In this document: positions 61,319 to 64,000 of the stretch, one piece after another
Numbering within the stretch: the first letter of the stretch is position 1
How the letters are laid out: every line of letters starts with the position of its first letter
NCBI GenBank assembly: GCA_963743915.1
Contig: CAVURN010000003.1
Coordinates: forward strand, 543,631 to 607,630
DNA: 64,000 bases
Origin: an uncultured Actinomycetota bacterium
Lineage (GTDB): Bacteria; Actinomycetota; Actinomycetes; JAHEKZ01
Direction of reading: 5' to 3'
Translations under genes and position numbers: made by a program
The notes under the pieces: model-generated
Database searches by the model: none
What the model saw: only the letters and a program-made list of their open reading frames with translations
Told to the model about the DNA's origin: nothing

Positions 61319-62752
61319 CTAGTTCCAGCTGAAGTCCGGCGGGAACGGCTGACAGTTCAGCTTCGTCCTCCGGTCCAGGCGTCTCTCGATGGCTTGGTAC
61401 TCCTTTTCCCCCGCGACGTTGTCCAGCTCAGCCGGGTCGAGCATGTAGTCATAGAGCTCTCGCTCCTTGCCGGTTGAGTACCGTACGTAGAGGTAGCGCT
61501 TCGACCGCCACCCGCAGTACGCCGGATGTCGCTCGGAGGCCATCGCCTCAAGGACGACGCCGCGGCGACCACTCGAGAGCGCTGACCGTCCCTCCATGGC
61601 CCAGCTGACGCCTGCCGCCTCGGCAATGGTGGCAGTGACGTCGATGTTGGCCGTGACCCGCCCGGAGACCGAGCCCGGCTCGATCACACCGTCCCATCTC
61701 ATGAACAGCGGAACCCCGTGTGCAGCCCGGTAGGGCATGTCCTTCCCTTGCAGACGATGGATTCCCTGCATCAGCCCGTTGTCGGAGAGGTAGATGAACA
61801 GCGTGTTCGAGGCTCGATCGCCCGTTGCTGACACGAGGGCGCTGACTGCCTCATCGACGCTCCGCAGGGTCTCCAACCGGCGCCGTTGCTGCGCTTCCAG
61901 CAGGGCCTCTCGCACCCTCGGTGCGTCCCGCAGCCACGGAGGCTTGTCGCTCATGTCCTTCTCGTTCACGCCCTCGGGCATGATGATGGGCTGGTCTGCC
62001 CACGAGTCCACGTGTCGGGGTGCTGGCTGGAGGGGAGAGTGGGGGCCGAAGACGCTGAGCATGACGAAGAACGGTTGGTCTGACGGGGTGCTTCGGGCGA
62101 ACTCGACCGCCTGGTCGCGCAGCACATCGGTCGAGTAGTCCTCCGGGGCCTCGCCGAAGGGCCCTGCCTGCTGAGTGCCGATGAGCGAGTAGTCGTAGTA
62201 GGCGGCGTCGTTGTCGCCGGGGGGCTTGATGGCGAGGAACTCGTCCCAGCCTGGTGGAATGGCGTGCTTCCCGTCGACCTGCCACCCGTACCGGTTGTAG
62301 CCGTTCATGTACTTGCCGAAGAAGCCCGTCCGGTAACCGCCAGCTGACAGCTCCGTCGCGAGGGTCTGGTTCTCGTCGTCGCGAAAGGCCGGCCAACCGC
62401 CAAAGGGGGATCCCGGGTGGTTGCTGTAGACGCCGGTGCCGTGGGCCAGGCGGCCACTCAACAGCGCGGAGCGTGAGGGACAGCACAAGGTGGTCGGGAT
62501 GACGCCGTTCTGGAAGGTGACCCCCAAGTCCCGGATCTCGGACCTCACCCCCGGCATTGCCGCCATCGTTCCCTTGGGCTGGTCGTCGGCGAGCACGAGC
62601 ACGATGTTGGGGCGATCCGCTACCCCCGCTTGGGTCGGCGCAGCCGCCTGGGCGGGTGAGGCAGGGGAGGCGACCAGGGCCCCGAGCATCCCTGCGGTGA
62701 CGAGGAGAACCGCCGCAAGGCTGTACGAACGTCTCGCCGTGAGCCTCGTCAC
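61319..62752 (-). CDS. Secreted sulfatase
   Basis: RPNIVLVLADDQ, CCPSRSALLSG, GKYMN, SDNG. Confidence 0.92.
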   Translation of the reverse strand: MTRLTARRSYSLAAVLLVTAGMLGALVASPASPAQAAAPTQAGVADRPNIVLVLADDQPKGTMAAMPGVRSEIRDLGVTFQNGVIPTTLCCPSRSALLSGRLAHGTGVYSNHPGSPFGGWPAFRDDENQTLATELSAGGYRTGFFGKYMNGYNRYGWQVDGKHAIPPGWDEFLAIKPPGDNDAAYYDYSLIGTQQAGPFGEAPEDYSTDVLRDQAVEFARSTPSDQPFFVMLSVFGPHSPLQPAPRHVDSWADQPIIMPEGVNEKDMSDKPPWLRDAPRVREALLEAQQRRRLETLRSVDEAVSALVSATGDRASNTLFIYLSDNGLMQGIHRLQGKDMPYRAAHGVPLFMRWDGVIEPGSVSGRVTANIDVTATIAEAAGVSWAMEGRSALSSGRRGVVLEAMASERHPAYCGWRSKRYLYVRYSTGKERELYDYMLDPAELDNVAGEKEYQAIERRLDRRTKLNCQPFPPDFSWN

Positions 62753-62932
62753 TGCCCTGCCTCTCTGTCCGCCGCTCACGATGCGCGATCGTCCGCGCCT
62801 GGTGTGTCGTCACCGGTCCTCAGGCACGATAACTGGCATGACCCCACGTCGCGACATGCGCATGACCGGTGTCGTCCTCGGATCTCCCGATCCGCGTCGC
62901 TCGCTGCGGCGTCCTGCCTCTGGGGCGTCGAG

Positions 62933-63533
62933 ATGCGCCTTCGCCACCAAGCCCCTGACGGCGTCCACCTGGCCGGACTTCGCCGCCCTCGTCGAGAGCA
63001 ACAACGGCGTCTGGGGCGGTTGCTGGTGCATGGGCTTTCACTCGGAGGGAGTGGGGGGCGACCGGACCGCGGAGGAGAACCGCGAGAACAAGGAGCGCCG
63101 CGTCCGTGAAGGACGCACCCACGCCGCGCTGGTCTACGACGGCTCGACGTGCGTCGGCTGGTGCCAGTTCGGGCCCACGGACGAGCTGCCGCGGATCAAG
63201 AGCCGACGCGCCTACGAAGCCGAGCTGACCGACCTTCCGGACTGGCGGATCACCTGCTTCTACGTGGGCAAGGGCTTTCGCGGACGCGGCGTCGCGGCAG
63301 CGGCGCTGGCTGGCGCGGTCGACGAGATCGCCCGGCTGGGCGGGGGCATGGTCGAGAGCTACCCGGAGGACGCCGAGGGCAGGAAGGTCTCTGGCTCGTT
63401 CCTGCACAACGCGACGCTGGCGATGTTCGAGCAGCAGGGGTTCGAACGGACCCGTCGGATCGGCAAGAACCGCTGGGTCGTCCGCCGAGAGGTGGTCAGG
63501 GCGCGGCCGGGGAAGCCGATACAAGAGTCATGA
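62933..63533 (+). CDS. GNAT family N-acetyltransferase
   Basis: GGCWCMGFH, VGWCQFGP, WRITCFYV..FRGRGVA, ESYP; start approximate. Confidence 0.87.
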
Positions 63534-63790
63534 CGGCGATCGAGGGGGCTGCGGCAAGTCATTCCGCGCAGAAGCACGGGTGGCGTTTTGGGGTGGGCGT
63601 GACCTTCCTGGTGCTGGTGCTCGTGCCCATCGGGCTGGTCGCACAGGCCTTGACGGCACATTGGGTCGCCGTCTCCCTCGGCCCCACGCATCATGACGCG
63701 ATCGAAGCGGGTGGGTCGCAGACGGAGGACGGTCCCTCGGCGTCACCTACACCCACGGTGCATGCGAGGAGAGACGCCAGGCCAACTTGA
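63530..63790 (+). CDS. Hypothetical single-TM protein (possibly frameshifted or truncated)
   Basis: ATGA overlap with the GNAT stop; one hydrophobic segment. Confidence 0.35.
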   Translation: MTAIEGAAASHSAQKHGWRFGVGVTFLVLVLVPIGLVAQALTAHWVAVSLGPTHHDAIEAGGSQTEDGPSASPTPTVHARRDARPT

Positions 63791-64000
63791 TCGAGGAGTC
63801 GTCGCGCCGCGTGGTGCTATCGGTCACCTACAAGTCCCAACCATGGCCAGAGGACTGCATCCTCATCGGGTACTACAAGATCAGCTACTTCACTCTGGAT
63901 CAGCCGTTGGGCGAACGACGCGTCTTCTACGAGTCAGGCGAGGGCCTGCGCCCGCTGACGCTCGGTGACCCGATGCCACCTGGAAGTCTGCCCCCGACGG

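Noticed and set aside
1-64000. Many frameshifts read as programmed frameshifting or mass pseudogenisation
   Set aside because: They hit conserved core genes such as ppk1 and glnR at scattered positions without evident slippery sites; sequencing error is the simpler explanation.
63790-64000. Possible gene at the right edge
   Set aside because: Short, lower-GC and without recognisable motifs; truncated by the window.

Overview
High-GC actinobacterial chromosome segment with roughly 20 apparent single-base frameshifts, most likely long-read consensus errors. The backbone is a conserved actinomycete region: pit, pstSCAB, mutT1, CYTH-CHAD, ppk1, mshD, glnR-like regulator, moaD-like, thioredoxin, Cys-rich leader peptide, DUF4395, cysA, sseC, FABP, nur and ygfZ, plus assorted hydrolases, peptidases and two tandem sulfatases. 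Two things stand out. (1) An accessory locus at about 39.8-51.2 kb encodes three paralogous proteins with a shared leader (WLDxxA[KR]...SRRxxL...W(S/T)xPxLQ...APAAxAS) followed by tandem C-x5-C-x4-C-x4-C repeats. They sit with a MauE-thioredoxin-thioredoxin fusion, an HPr-kinase-like-PqqD fusion, a stand-alone PqqD, a Wzc-like tyrosine kinase, DUF4012 and an LPXTG protein. This is a candidate uncharacterised system for maturing and exporting disulfide-rich proteins. (2) An AbiEi/DUF559-like nuclease gene is bracketed by two inverted 60-bp palindromic repeats, with a solo third copy about 20 kb away, resembling a REP/RAYT architecture. Also seen: a second REP-like family, a degenerate PhoX homolog, PHO boxes and an IdeR box. 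No rRNA, tRNA, CRISPR array or transposase was recognised. All family assignments come from motif recognition by eye, not database searches.
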